From NCBI GenBank assembly GCA_977030845.1, contig OZ365113.1:2604001-2668000 (forward strand): a stretch of DNA of 64,000 bases. Reading direction: 5' to 3'. Origin of the DNA: Fimbriosthenelais zetlandica. Its lineage: Eukaryota. Shown here in pieces: positions 23,246-36,900 of the stretch; position 1 is the first letter of the stretch, and the number at the start of each line of letters is the position of its first letter. Below the pieces are notes generated by a model. It saw only the letters and a list, made by a program, of their open reading frames with translations. It had not been told where the DNA came from and searched no databases. Both the position numbers and the translations under genes were made by a program.

Positions 23246-26200
23246 GTAAGTTTTTTCCGGGTTTTATTCCCAGATTTTCCTCGCTGTTTTTGACAGTGTA
23301 TACACTCAGGAACTATAGTTCAGATCCAGGTGCATATAATCAATATTTCCATCAGCTAAAAAATATTTCATAAAAAAAAATATTTCATAAATATTTTTGG
23401 AAGCATTTTACTTGCCTACTAAAGTGAGTTGCAAAACGCGCAACCCCCCTCAGATTTCTATGAGTGAAGTAATGGGTTTCATTTAATTATTCTTTAAATA
23501 TTTTTTTAAATTTAATGTGGACAAATAAATCAATGTTATATTTTGCGAGATATAATGTTATAGTAGTAGAAATAGTCCTTTTTAAATTCTTCTTTATTCC
23601 AAATTTATAAATGTGGACAGATAGAGTTAAACCTATTTTATTTTTTATTTAAAGTAGAAATAGTCTTCATATTTTTATTGGAAAAATTGTTGGTAAATGA
23701 AAACCTTTGGTGTTGGAGAAGTATTGTGAGTTGGGTCACTAGTTTCGGATGACAGCATTATAAACGATTTATGTTATGTTTTAATTGTTTTATCCGTTAT
23801 AGCCTTTGATGACTTCCCGTTTAGTTTTGATGCAGGATATAGTCATGTATAAGAACAGCCGGGGGAAATAAATAAAAGTATTTATGCAAACAATGCATCT
23901 TTTATAGAGACAAAAAAATCAAACTGTCACGATATATTTGTAAGATGGGTTAGAGACAAGCAGGATGCTGTGCTTGTTCCGAGTTATCACGGATTTTGTA
24001 TTATTACATCCTCATTTCTGTTCCTTATGTTGATCCCAAACGATTACTTTCCAAACAAAATAATTAAATTCCAAAATAATGTATTTCGGGATCTGGCAGT
24101 CAGATGAACCGGCAATTTTAACATTTTTTGAAGTTAGGGTGGTTATTTTTACAGAAGAACAGGGGAAGTTATTTGGTTATTGTTTGGTGGCTGTAGGGAC
24201 GAGTTCGGCGCCTTAGCGTTCAGGAAGTGACCTATTTTCTGAGTTGATACATTTATTTCTGTGTATATATGTCAGTGTTCTATGTTAGGGTACCCATACC
24301 CGTTACCCTTCCAGGATTTGTGACTGAACTTGGTTAAAGCTCAATAAAGTTATTTTTGTTGAAAATTGCCGAGTCTGTAGTCATTTCAGAAGTTAATTAT
24401 AAAATATAAACTATTGTATTAAAAGATCTGTTTTCGTTGAAATAATATCCATTTTGTTTAAATATTACCATTTTTATTCACTATATGGAAGTGTTCGCTA
24501 ATCAGGGCGAGTTGTAAACCACATTAAGAACCTGGGACTGAGAAAACGAAAGTGTTCACTGTAATGGAGGTGTTCACTAATCAGAGGGGGACGTATCCGC
24601 CAGGTTACTAAATCATTCACTATAGGGAGTATTCGTGAATACGTTTACTATTTAGAGGTTTACTCGAATATGTATTCAGGGTAAACTGTTATCCCATTTT
24701 CCAATCAGGGAGAAATCCGGGAATTCCATTGTCCTGTGTCTGTGTCTTAGTTTCAATAAACAGCGACTACGTTTCACTATTAGGCTTAGTTGACGATATC
24801 TCCAGATAATCATCCTGAAATTTTGAGAAATCAGCAGGAAAAGATGAGGGAATTATTTTCCCTGAAATGCTGGGGAAGTCTGTAGGCCACCTGTGCCGGG
24901 TTTTGCCGCATCTGCTGGTTTCCCATATTTAAGTCAATCTTCATTATTCGTGCTTGTTGAAGTAGTCCAGAGTCACCGCCACTTTCAGATGTCTACATTT
25001 TTGCTGAGTCATGGATACTGGGTTAAGCGGCGTATCAGTTGATAATGTGAGATATCAGATGTCGTTGTATACCAGTCTGATAACTAATCGTACCTCCATA
25101 CATACTAGTACATGTACATCCTCATTCAACCATGAATATACTAACCCAACAAACGGAGTTCCCCTTCAGGAGTGGTTGGATCATGTGATAGCTCCCATCA
25201 TTATTTGGTCGAACAATAAGTCACATCTCAAGGTCATGGGACCCCTAAAAGGCCCCCACCCACCCCCATCGATCCCCCATAAACCCAGCTCCCCCAATCC
25301 ACTCCTGTCCTTCCCGGAATGCCCATCTGATAATAATTAACTAGTATAATTTTGGATAATTTTCTATAGGCCTACCCTTACTTAAAAAGTGGGAGTATTG
25401 CCATCACGAATTATAGGCAAACGAAACAATATTTTGGTATTGTATATCTTGGTCATTGGACCCGTTTCAAAAAGAAATAACAATGCTAAGTCTATGGCTA
25501 ATATTTGTTTTGACACAGACTCTTGATGTAATGATTTTCAGCATGGTTAATCAGTAATATCAAGTGTACAGATGAATATAACGCATCTTTCTTTTGTAAC
25601 GGGCCTCAGATAGTTTGAAAGATGAAATAGAAAAACTTTGTGAAAATTGAGGTTCAAAATTGACGATGAAAGTTAATTAATATTGAAATGAAGACGTCCC
25701 TAAATTAACCGAGTGTAAGTGGCTTTTGTCCCAATAGGCACAGAGACAAAAGAATACGACGCTCGGAAACCATAAGAAATAGAGAGGAAATTACCTTAAT
25801 CAAAACTATCCAAACTGATGACCGTAAAGTGCGATACCGTGATGGTGAAAGTCACACCGACCCAAGCTGATATTAATGCGGCTAATTATGTTTCACTCGT
25901 AATCTTTAATAGTTGGATGACTATCTTTAATAGTTACTTGATGTAAACTTTGGATTGTTTTGGTAAATTTTCATAAGAGAGGCAGATGAGTTTTCGGGCA
26001 ATTAATTACTCTAGCGATTAGGTAGGCAAATGAGTTCTCCAGCAATTAGTGAACTGATGCAAATGAGTACTCTAGCCATTAGAAAGGCAAATATGTGGTC
26101 GAACAATAATTAGAGAAACATGTGAATTCTCGAGCAGTTAGGTAATCTAGCCATTAGAAAGGTAAATGAGTACTACAGCTGATGATTTGAGAAAAATGTA

Positions 26201-28969
26201 CTAATTAAGCGACAGAGAAATCTCAAGAAACCCCCATAGAACCTTATATTAATCCCTTATCTTGATAAAATCTTATGAAAATTGAAATATATTCAATGAT
26301 GATATTTTCCTACTCTATCCCTGACTTTTGGCGAGGACTGTATTGGTCAGTGGAAGGAGAGAGAGAGAGCAGGGAAGAAGAGAAGAATCAGTGGACAAGT
26401 CTCTGAGTTGACCTTTACTCCGGCGGAAGACAATGTTTAATATGAGGTTACAGGAAGGCGTGGGCGTCCAGGCCGAGCGCTCACTGATCTTAAACTAAGG
26501 CCTACTACTACTGCTACTACTACACAAGCCCAACTAGGCTCCACAAGTGATGGAGCAAAATATGATGACTTCGGCATTTTATTCTTCATTCTCCGAGAAT
26601 TTATTTTTATTTTTTGATGTCGCAGTGAAATGTGATCAGATGAATGAATTAAAAATTTAAAACAAGGAAGTAGATGTAGTTGAGGAGAATATCCGTGTTT
26701 TTTTTTATCCCTTTATCTCAGCTCTCCTTCCTTCTCCTTTACCTTCCCTTCCCCCTTCCATCTAGGCTATACCTGTTCATTCTGTCCCCTTCCCTCTCCA
26801 CTTTCATCTCCCCTTGTCCTTCCCTTCACTCGATCTCCCTCCCTTCGTCCTCTTCCCTCTCTTCTCTCCCTCTTCCTTCCTTCTCTCCTCTCATTTCCCC
26901 CATCCCCTTCTCTGTCGCCCCTTCCCGCTATATGTGTATACACGTTTCACTCTTTCTCTCCTATATACCCACCACCCAACCATCCTGAACGGAACCCCCT
27001 ACCCCCCCCCCCCCCCCCCCACCCACCCATCCTCAACTTCCACCCCACCTGTCCATACCTGTCTCATAACCCGTCTACACTTTCTAATATCTCTATGTCT
27101 TTCAAATCAATTTTTTCACCTAAACTTTATGAATGTCAGACGACCTATGGTAATGTTACGTATCAATTAATAATAATTATATGTTGACTACGACAAAACA
27201 TAATATGTATCCATTTTTACATCCAGTTGGTTGTTTTATTCGCCAGAAATCACTAACTTCCGGAACCGATATCATTAAAGTGTTTTTCCTCATAAATTAG
27301 GAACACCAGACATGGATTTATGGCTAACACAGCATTTTGAAAGCATGTTGGTTCACCGAAGTCATTGTAGTGGGGGGGGGGGGGGGGGGGGGGGGGGGGC
27401 GTGGGTGGAGGTATCTTTCATGTTGTGTAAGGTAGTGTTTAGTGTTTTAGAAGTAGTGCTGCCTCATACTCGCCCTGCCTGCCTCCTGCATGCATTATTA
27501 CTCTACTATGGAACCTCAAATGCAGCCCAGGGTCTGATAAATGTGTGTTGTCCACTAGAAAATGCAAAATCTAAGATTCAAAGAAGTACATTTCGGTTGT
27601 CCCTGGGGCTACATTTTCCTTCAAAATCATTGCTCAGACCACTTTTTCAGTTGTCACCCGGTTTGGTATCCAAATACCATTATTAAGACTTTCTCAATAA
27701 GATATCAAAATTTCAGCTAAATAAACTAATATGAGGAGGGCAATTGGAAATGCATTAGGAACTCAAAATATTTAGCACTGATCCACCAAATTGGTTTGGA
27801 ATCACTGGTTCCCGATACATTATGGCGGCCATCTTGGATTTTCAATCGAAACCATACACATTTTTACAATAAGTATCATATTTGGTAATCTCACAGTGGA
27901 AACTCGCATATTAGAACTGGTGAGGTATCATGTCATATACATGTGACGTGATACCTCAGTGAGGAACACGAAAAGAGTATAGGGGTCATTCCACACGTAA
28001 AACAACCGTCATAATACAACTGAAAAATTGTTGAAAGTGACCAATTAAACTAATGCAGTAATATAACATTTGGCTTCCCATAGCACCAATTCCCCGAGCA
28101 GCTCTCCTGCCCGCGTTCAATAGAGCAACTACTCGGTCAAGGTCGTTCTACACCCTAGCAAGCCCTTACCCTGCATCAACATAGCCATGCAAGGGTTCTG
28201 TGTATATAACACTACAATTCACATAAAATCCATTCCTCATTCCCTAAAATCACCACAGGATGGGGAATAGTGAGCAAATACCCAAACAATGACACCAAAT
28301 ATATTGAAGAATAATGTCGAGGGCAAACGATAGCCTGTTAATTTGTTGATTTTAGAATTATGGTATATTATTTATGATTTTCAAATATATTTTTGTCCTG
28401 GCGGAATATGGGATACAATTAATTAATAAAATGTAGATAAAGCCTTCCCATAAGAGGTAGGTTTATGGACATGGCTTATATATACCCTGGGATGACCATT
28501 GGAGGTGACTTATATGGTAAGCTTCTGCTCCAGCTAGGTTGTACAAGTCAAGAATATTCACAATCATAATGCATTATATCACAGAAACAAATGATCCATT
28601 CAAATAATGATACAATTCTGATAAGTGCAAGATTTGTATAGTGCACTATTATATCAATCCAAAAATTGATTTAAAAAATCATTAGAAATTGAATGGGAAA
28701 ATACCATTAATGAAATGATAATTAATTGTGGTATTTACTATTACAATGTTACCCCTTGGTTAGTGCCATGTTCAGTAGGTTATATATGGTTAAGTTCCGC
28801 ACCAGGTAAATGGATACGTTGTAAATCCCCGCTAGTTCTACCGGGCCTAGATATTGACGTTTGGAGCCCCAGTGGTAGGAAGAAATCAATCATTGTGTTC
28901 CTGCTATACACTATAACAGTCTAACATCAAATGAGATTACCCAACCTTCATTAATCCTTTATATAATAC

Positions 28970-29408
28970 CATTCTCTCTCATCTCTCTCCTTTCTTCCGT
29001 CTCTATATTCCTCATCTACCTGTCTCTCTTCTCTATACCTGTCTCTCTCTATACATTATACCTCACTCTCTCTCTCTTCCCTCCTATCTCTCTCCCTCTC
29101 CCTCCCTCCTATCTCTCTCCCTCTTCATCCCTCCTATCTCTCTCCCTCTCCATCCCTCCTATCTCTCTCCCTCTTCATCCCTCTCTCTCTCTTCTCGATA
29201 TAACTCTATTTACTTCCGCTATTCCTCTCTTTCCAATACCCACTTGATATCTCTATATATCTTCCTCTCTTTTTCCGTTATCCCCATATTTTATACTTCC
29301 CTTCTGTCTCCTTCTACTCCCCCTCTCACCTTTTAGTGAGAGGGGGAGTCTTCCCCTCTCTCTCCCTCACATTTCCCTCTCTATCTCTCTTTCCCCCCTC
29401 TCTCTCTG

Positions 29409-29458
<50 letters not shown>

Positions 29459-29465
29459 CCTCTAC
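28970..29465. repeat. Pyrimidine-rich simple repeats: about 25-bp CCCTCCTATCTCTCTCCCTCTTCAT units and (CT)n
   Basis: Directly visible tandem units near 29079-29185 and (TC)n near 29400-29460. Confidence 0.8.
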
Positions 29466-31379
29466 TCTATTCTCTCATTTACCATGTAGGCCTATATATA
29501 TACCGGTACCTCTTAATCTTTCCCTATCTCTCACGTCCCGATCTCACCTGTTCAAGCTGCTTGTAATATAAGATATAGTTACCATTCATACCCATTAATC
29601 TTTTATAAAGCATTATAGGTGCAATCATTCCACGTAAACCTCTATATTCAGTATATAAGTACTCACTATAATGAAGTGTTAGTTCCGATCCTAATCAAGG
29701 GCTGGGACCTGTGAGAGAATGTCCATTATTCATTAATCAGAAAACCCCAATAGGTTTTACTTTATATATAAAATGCCATTTCTATGCATAAATCTCTGGA
29801 ATTTTCGTGTCATCAGGAAAGGTTAGGTCTTTGTCTTGAATAAAAGGACGGCATGATGTGAACAAAGGGCATGTCAATCTGAAATAATTGGAGCACAATT
29901 ATTTTCATCATGACAAGAATGGCGAGGAGGATTATAAATGTGGACGCATTTACATCAAGTTGCTAAGAAAGGTTGTAGAAAACCTTCAGGTAGTCATCCT
30001 TTTATAGCCTCCCACCGGGACAGGTTTGGAACTAACTTTTTGTTTTCTGATTCATTTTCTTCTCATTGGGAAAAAGTGTCGAGATGAAAAGGTGGGGTTT
30101 GAAAAGAAAGAGCTTTTTGAGAAAGTAAAACTTTTTCGGGAAAGTAAAGAAAGGATGGGGAGCCTTCTCACCGGAGGGGAAAAACTGTAGGGGATGGGAA
30201 TGAATGGATAAAAAAAACAGTGGGTGAGATTGCTGATAGGAGTAAGTGAGTAAGTGAGGGCGGGATTGAGTCAATGAAGGGATGGGTGTGTGAGTGAGTA
30301 AGTGAGCGAGCGAGTGAGAGAGGGGATGAGTGAGCGAGCGAGTGAATGAATGAATGAATGAATGAATGAATGAATGAAGGGATGAATGATTGATTTAATA
30401 TCGAAAAAGGCCCTACTTTTCAAAGTAACGAAAATCAATTCCAAGTGGTCAAATATATTTTTTCAATTCCCAAACCTGTCCACATATCATTTTAATACAT
30501 TGGAAATTATACCAAATATTCGATTTAATTTATCAGAATATTACGAGTAATAAATCCTGAATTGTTTCCCTATTAAATTCTTATCTGTACTTTCAGAATG
30601 CCACCATTAAACACAATTGTTTCACAATTAATTCAATCTTCTGAATCAGTTCTTTAAGGGAAAAAGTGTCTAATCTATGAGCGCTTTGAAGGAGGAGCTA
30701 AATGTAAATATTGCCATGAGTATGTGAGCTGCTCTTGAACCGAGTCTTTCTTGTAGCAGTCAATATGGCTGCTATAGCTCCCACCACCTCTGCCTCCATC
30801 TCTTCCTCCAGCAGCCAGCCTTGCTGCATCCCCACCAACGCTTCTCGCACCTGCGGAATCACCGAGCAGGGTGAACCCCAGTTTCCATCCAGGGCCGCAA
30901 TGACGCACGAACACACCTTAATTTAGCCCTACCTACGCAAGTGTCTCCATGGTAACGGCCCAGAATAGCCCTGCCCAGCCGGGGATATACCTCCGAGTAC
31001 CACACGGCTATTTTCGACGCTTTACTATAAATATCTTATTTGCGGGCAACCCCAAAATACACACGCGCTGCCTACTCATTAACATATGGAAATCCAACCT
31101 AGGGGGTCTCCCGACCTAATACACGGGGACCACTATACTGATATTTAAACAGGTAAAAAGAGGCCCCAAATGGGGGCGCTCCAACTTAACAAAAGGGATT
31201 CCCCACAGTTTTCTCAGTCCCAAACCAATGTCTGCTACCTTATCTGATTGGGATGTGTAAATGAAATATTCGTGGTCATACCTCCATGAGATTTTGTTTC
31301 GTGATTTTGGATTTAGCTGAGTACGGATAAGTAAACACTTGGGAATTACCTACGCGATCCCTGTGTTTATTCTGGGACT

Positions 31380-32611
31380 GACGCAGCGAGGAATCACCAT
31401 GCGGGTAAGCCCGTCCTCGGCGTTCGTGACGTCATAATATGGGCTAAATTTAGCATCATTTTCTGGTCACGTGACGAGAAATTCCTTCTTGAAATAGCGT
31501 GGGACAGCCGCCCTGCTCGGAGTCACCGCATTATCCTTAACCAAAACACATCAGTGGATTGTACATCATATTGCCTATAGAACACTATGTTAACCCGCGA
31601 TTATATACTTTCCTTCAGCTAAAACCACCACAATTCAACAGGTAAGCTTTTAGAAAATAATCTGTATCTTGTTATTCAAGTCTGGGAGTGAATTGTGTAG
31701 TAATTCCATTCATTCTGGGGTAATTGAGACTCAATATGTAAATTTCGGGGTAAAAGTGGAGTAAAAAAGGGGGTAAATGTCCCCCAATGATTATTCTAAG
31801 AGATAAAATTAATCGAGATAGAAGTGGGAGTGGAGGTGATAAAAATTCTTATTATCTTGTATTAGAATCGCTGACAATGTCTTAATATCTAAGTCATTGA
31901 GATAAGATACATTCGTTATAGGCGATTAGAAACTTTACTATATCAGATAAGAGGATGAGATAAGACTGAATCTGTCCACCCCGTTTAACCAATCAACATA
32001 AAGTAACTGTTATCCGTTGTAACTTTATTTCACATATAAAAAATAATTCTCAAAGATAAATACCTATGGGGATAGAGCACCAATGATCCCACCCAGCCAT
32101 TCCCTCCCCTAGAAATTACTCAAAAGTGTTTAATATATTAAAATACTTTAGATTTGTTAATATAATATGAGGGTGGTCTTTATTTTATTGGTAATTGTTA
32201 AGGGGTGAAGGGTTGCCGCTCTTTTTTCTCGGGTCTTATTCAAAATCTCCATGCATATCATAGATGCAATGGTATAGGCGCCCAGCGAACGCTTGGCTTG
32301 GTGTTGAGGGGGAGGGGCGGTAGGAGAGGGAGGGGGACACCACCGGCATCCCGCCTAGCCTCGCTTTCATTCAGACACTCCCGCGCGGTCATACTTCCCA
32401 AAATAGCAACAACGGTCGTCCCCATTGGCTAATCGTGACGTACCGTCTAAAAATAACTCCCCAATGACGTCAAAGGTGGGCAGACGTACAAAAGCGGAGG
32501 GGATCCCTAGTGCTCGGCGCTCTTCCCCTGCGTCTCTGCCCAGAGTGGATCGTCTGCAGAGAATTCCCTCTCTAGCTACACATTTCTCAATGTTTATCCT
32601 CTCTGTTACAG
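31380..32611 (+). promoter_or_regulatory. Putative Maf upstream region: CRE and E-box motifs, non-coding exon ending 31641, 5'UTR intron 31642-32611 with a GATA cluster
   Basis: TGACGTCA at about 31428 and 32465; GTCACGTGAC at 31466-31475; CAG/GTAAGC donor at 31641; pyrimidine tract plus TTACAG acceptor at 32611; eight WGATAR sites at 31801-32059. Confidence 0.5.
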
Positions 32612-32820
32612 ATCACTCACAACTTGGACATTCATGACCCGAGTGGAACACACATCACCAAGTGACAATACTACTATTATGTATACTTTGGAACGTTTTA
32701 CCAGTTGGTAAATACCCCAAAGGTTCTCGGATTGTGGATCGGTGTGTTGGATATATTTAGCTTCAGCGGCCATAGCGTGAAACCCCTACCATTGCTATTA
32801 ATAGCCGCAGCCTCTTCTCT

Positions 32821-33993
32821 ATGGAAACCAATCAGCAACTCGGGGACGACCTTTTTCGAACCCTCGACGAACTTTCAGAAATCAGCCAGTATTGTGTGGA
32901 CGTGGATACAATGCAGACATATATTAAAGGAGAACAAGAATCCTCTTTGAATGGATGTTACATGGGTGGGGAGCAGAGGGGCCCAGTTCCCCCGGTCTCT
33001 CTGGCTATTGACGGGGGACTCCCGCCCCTCTCCCCGGCCTCTGACGCTTCCACTGTTCCCAGTCCCACTGACCATGTTCGTCCTCTACTAGGGAATGAAT
33101 CATGTATAGGGATGGGGCGAGCTTCCAGTCCCATCCCTCAACGGGGACCTACTAATGCTTCATTCTTGGACGATGCCAGTTGGATCATTCGGAGCCTGAC
33201 AGGAGTGACCAACCCAGATACGTGGGAGTTGGGTCTACTAATAAACGGTGGGCAAGGGGCATCCCAGCAGCAGCCGCAGCAGCAACAAGCGCAGCCGCAA
33301 CAGCAGATGGCGGCCCAGCAGATGCAGCAGCAGCCGCAACAGCAGCCCCAGCAGCAGCAGCCTCCCCAGTCCCACCATCATCAGCCCCAGCAGACCCAAC
33401 CCCAGCAACTCCCCCTCAAAGTCCAACAACCCCTCACTATCAACACCTCTACGACTCACCTACTCCAGGGTGGGGGAGCAGGAGGGGGAGGCGTTCCCCC
33501 TCTAGCTTCCCCTGACAGCCTTGCATCTCTTACTGATCTGGATGAAATCATGTCGGATAACAGTAATAGTTGCCCGCCCAGTTTGGATTCAGTATCCTCC
33601 CGACCTGCCCATCGTCGCTCTAAATGTCGTCTTCGCAACTCAGGTTCCCAGGACATTGACGATGACGAACTCATGACGCTACCGGTGCGTGAACTCAACA
33701 GACGACTCCAGGGTCTCTCCCGCGACGAGGTCGTGCGTCTCAAGCAGAAGCGACGCACATTGAAAAACCGCGGGTATGCCCAGAATTGTCGGAGCAAACG
33801 CATGCAGCAGCGCCATGTCTTAGAACAGGAAAATACTGAACTGAGTAACCAAATACAAAAACTACAGCAGCAACTATCACGTGCCCAGCAAGAACGCGAC
33901 TGCTATAAGCGACAGTTTGAAACGCTTCGCGCGAGAAACGGATCAGAAAGTTCGCTTCCAGGGTCGCCAGAAAGTTGTTACTCTACAGCCTGA
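32821..33993 (+). CDS. MAF: Large Maf bZIP transcription factor (c-Maf/MafB/traffic jam-like), 390 aa, single coding exon
   Basis: Extended homology region and basic region [48 protein letters not shown] followed by a leucine zipper. The long acidic, Ser/Pro-rich N-terminus with a polyQ tract indicates a large rather than small Maf. Confidence 0.95.
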   Translation: METNQQLGDDLFRTLDELSEISQYCVDVDTMQTYIKGEQESSLNGCYMGGEQRGPVPPVSLAIDGGLPPLSPASDASTVPSPTDHVRPLLGNESCIGMGRASSPIPQRGPTNASFLDDASWIIRSLTGVTNPDTWELGLLINGGQGASQQQPQQQQAQPQQQMAAQQMQQQPQQQPQQQQPPQSHHHQPQQTQPQQLPLKVQQPLTINTSTTHLLQGGGAGGGGVPPLASPDSLASLTDLDEIMSDNSNSCPPSLDSVSSRPAHRRSKCRLRNSGSQDIDDDELMTLPVRELNRRLQGLSRDEVVRLKQKRRTLKNRGYAQNCRSKRMQQRHVLEQENTELSNQIQKLQQQLSRAQQERDCYKRQFETLRARNGSESSLPGSPESCYSTA

Positions 33994-36900
33994 CTGAGCC
34001 GCAAGGCACGAAAAACTTGAATCAACTTGAGAGAAAAATAGAGAAAATAGTGAAGATTTAGAGAGAAATATAATTCAGTGGTCTCTTTTTTCTCCCCTTT
34101 TAATTGGAACTATTTTGTGTATACTGCTGGGCAAAATTATATCAGTGGACAGTTAGAACAAACAGATGGACGGGGAAAATATGACGGTTGTACACAAAGT
34201 GGAAAGGACCATCAATGATTGACAAAAAACTACAGTCCCAGATGCGGGGTATACAGTGGTATAGGATGGAAATGATATTATTGTTTCCCATCTCCTATAC
34301 ATGTATACGCCATTCTTCATGTTTTAAAAGAAAGAAAAATGATTATTTTCACCCTCCTGGTCAATGAACTGAAATCCACCATACTGGATGTGCAAGGATG
34401 GGGCAGTATTTTATCGTTTAGAAACTCAAATTAGTTACTAGCTTTCCCACAAGACTGATCTAGTAACGACAAATTATAATTTTATATTTGAAAAAAATAT
34501 TAATGACTGATACATACAAATGTGTATTCTTCAAAAACAGGATAAAAAAACTGGTGAAAATTGGCAGATTACACAGGACTGCCGGGAAAAGTGGAAAATT
34601 TGTTTTAGATTTTTATTTTGTGCACTCATATTTGTCTGGTGTTCTCCTCTGCCACTTTTCGTGAGTCTCTGTACAATTATATTGTCCCTTCGTGCAATGG
34701 ATTTCAAGGAAAAAGTATGTATACATCCTCTGCGAGTTCACCTCTCAGGAAACAATCTGAATAACATTGATAAATATTAATTACCTTGCTCACATGTCCA
34801 GGTGTTAGATCTTGACATTCTAGTATAAAATTGTAGAAAACAAATCTAGAGAAAAAACCCCGAGTATTGATTTAATATAAAAATAACAATTATTATATCA
34901 CGCGCACAGGTATTGTAAAACACATCTTGATTAGGTACTCTATCAACGAGTCAGGCACCTCAAAATTAGTCTTTTTCTGTGCTTAAATAGAATTAATTTT
35001 AATTTTTAATGTAGTAATCATAGCCTAAGGCACCCTAGGTGTTAGATGTTGTCAGGGTTCTATCTCTAAGGCCCTTCAAACATTATAATTACAAGATTTT
35101 GGTGTTGTTCCCTTTTCACAACTGCTATTTCTGGACAGAAAGTAATTATATTGTTGAATTTATTTTGATGTAACGCTCTCCCGGCATCTTTTTAGTGTTA
35201 TGGGAGTAGACCCCGTTCATAATGGTCACCGTTTAAGTGTTAATACATCGTATTATTATATTAACCCTTTTTGTTTCAAATTACACATAGATATATGGTG
35301 TTCTATTGACAGTTTTTTTTCTGTATTATATTTAACATTCTTATATATCTTGCTTCAAATGTCCAGTGTTAAATGATAATATACATATACATATAGTGCT
35401 TAAATATAGTTGTGATATATTTTGATGTGAAAGTTGTAAAAGTACGGTGGGCTTCAGTAATCATAGTGTAAAAGTGTTAAAAGTGCATCAGTTGTGGCAT
35501 ATATATTGAGGTTGTACATTTTTCACATTTTCCTGTGACACACTATCAGTGTATAAAGAATATTTCTTCCCTTATTGGAATTATTACCATAGAGTTCTTC
35601 GTTGGTCAACAGTTCGATGTTGTTCTCCCCACAAAAGCTATACATTGTTGAAAAGCTTTGAATATCAAGCATAGATCTATACTAATTGTTAATGTTCATT
35701 TCTGCCTATACTTCTAATATGCTACTAATGTGGAAAAAGGTTGTTGTTGGGGTTAAGTTACATATTGTTTTTCTATTGGTATTGTATATGTATATATCAT
35801 GCACTCTATATGGTGTCGCCATTTTGGTCTCTTCGGACTTTATAAAAAATCGAACCCGGTTATAATTAGTATTGTAGTAAATAGTTAGGTATATCACCAA
35901 GTCCTTAGCCAAAGTCCCGGTCTTTCAAGCAAATGCTTACTTTCATTTCTATTTTTTGTTAATTTTTAACTCAAAAAATGTTGATTTTGATGGAAAATGT
36001 TCTTGGAACTTTTGTGCCCTTAGATGACATGTTTGTCACGTAGTAAGGCTCTGGGTGTGGAGATATTCACGTCTACAGTTAGGTTGAGATAGGGTTGATT
36101 ATTTTGGGTGCCTCAAAAAATTGTTTTGCTCGAGAGGCATGTAAAAAACAACAACAGGGTTTGATGCCCAACACGTACTGTGATAAGAAATGAGGAAATC
36201 GCAATTCTGTTTTCTCCCCAAAGGATATTTTTCAGAAAATGTTTAAAAAAATAAGAAAAAATGTGTATTTTTGCCTGCTCGAGTTAGAGGTGTATTTAAA
36301 TCCGAAAATTTTGGAGAGTTGATTGGGTTTAAGACGCAGTCTGTGTGAGCAGTATTGTAGTTGGCATTTAAAAAGATGACGAACATATATAAGTACATGT
36401 ATACCCTGAACCGCCCAATTTGGCATGGTAAAGTCCATTACTGATATATGAATTGGTGTGTGCAACGCCGCCAAATGGTTTGGAGTAGGGTATACAAAAT
36501 AAGAAATACTGAAAAGATGGCAACTTTAGAAAACAATATATATTTAGCGTTCATTTAGGAGAAGAAATCTGCCATGGATTTGTTGGGATCTTAAGAATCC
36601 TCTGAATGAATACGCCTACTGTTGATCTATGTATATAGTTGTTGAAGATTGGAGGACACTGTTAACTGATGGTCAAATACTCTCTAAAAAATTACTCATT
36701 ATTTTACGGTGAATCACCGTCAATCTACGGTGATCTCCGGTCAATAACGACCATTTTTTAGAGTGTATAGGAAAATGCTTGAAATAGAGCGTTTACAGAA
36801 TGGTATGTTTGGCACTGCTCCTATATTAGTGCATTGAGAAAGTTTGTATTCTATTTTTCTTTTCTGTTCGCCTATAAAACTATTGGTACTTAAAAAGGAA

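Noticed and set aside
30675-30926. Short ORFs on both strands in a GC-rich patch upstream of Maf
   Set aside because: No recognisable domain or supporting splice structure; more likely regulatory DNA.
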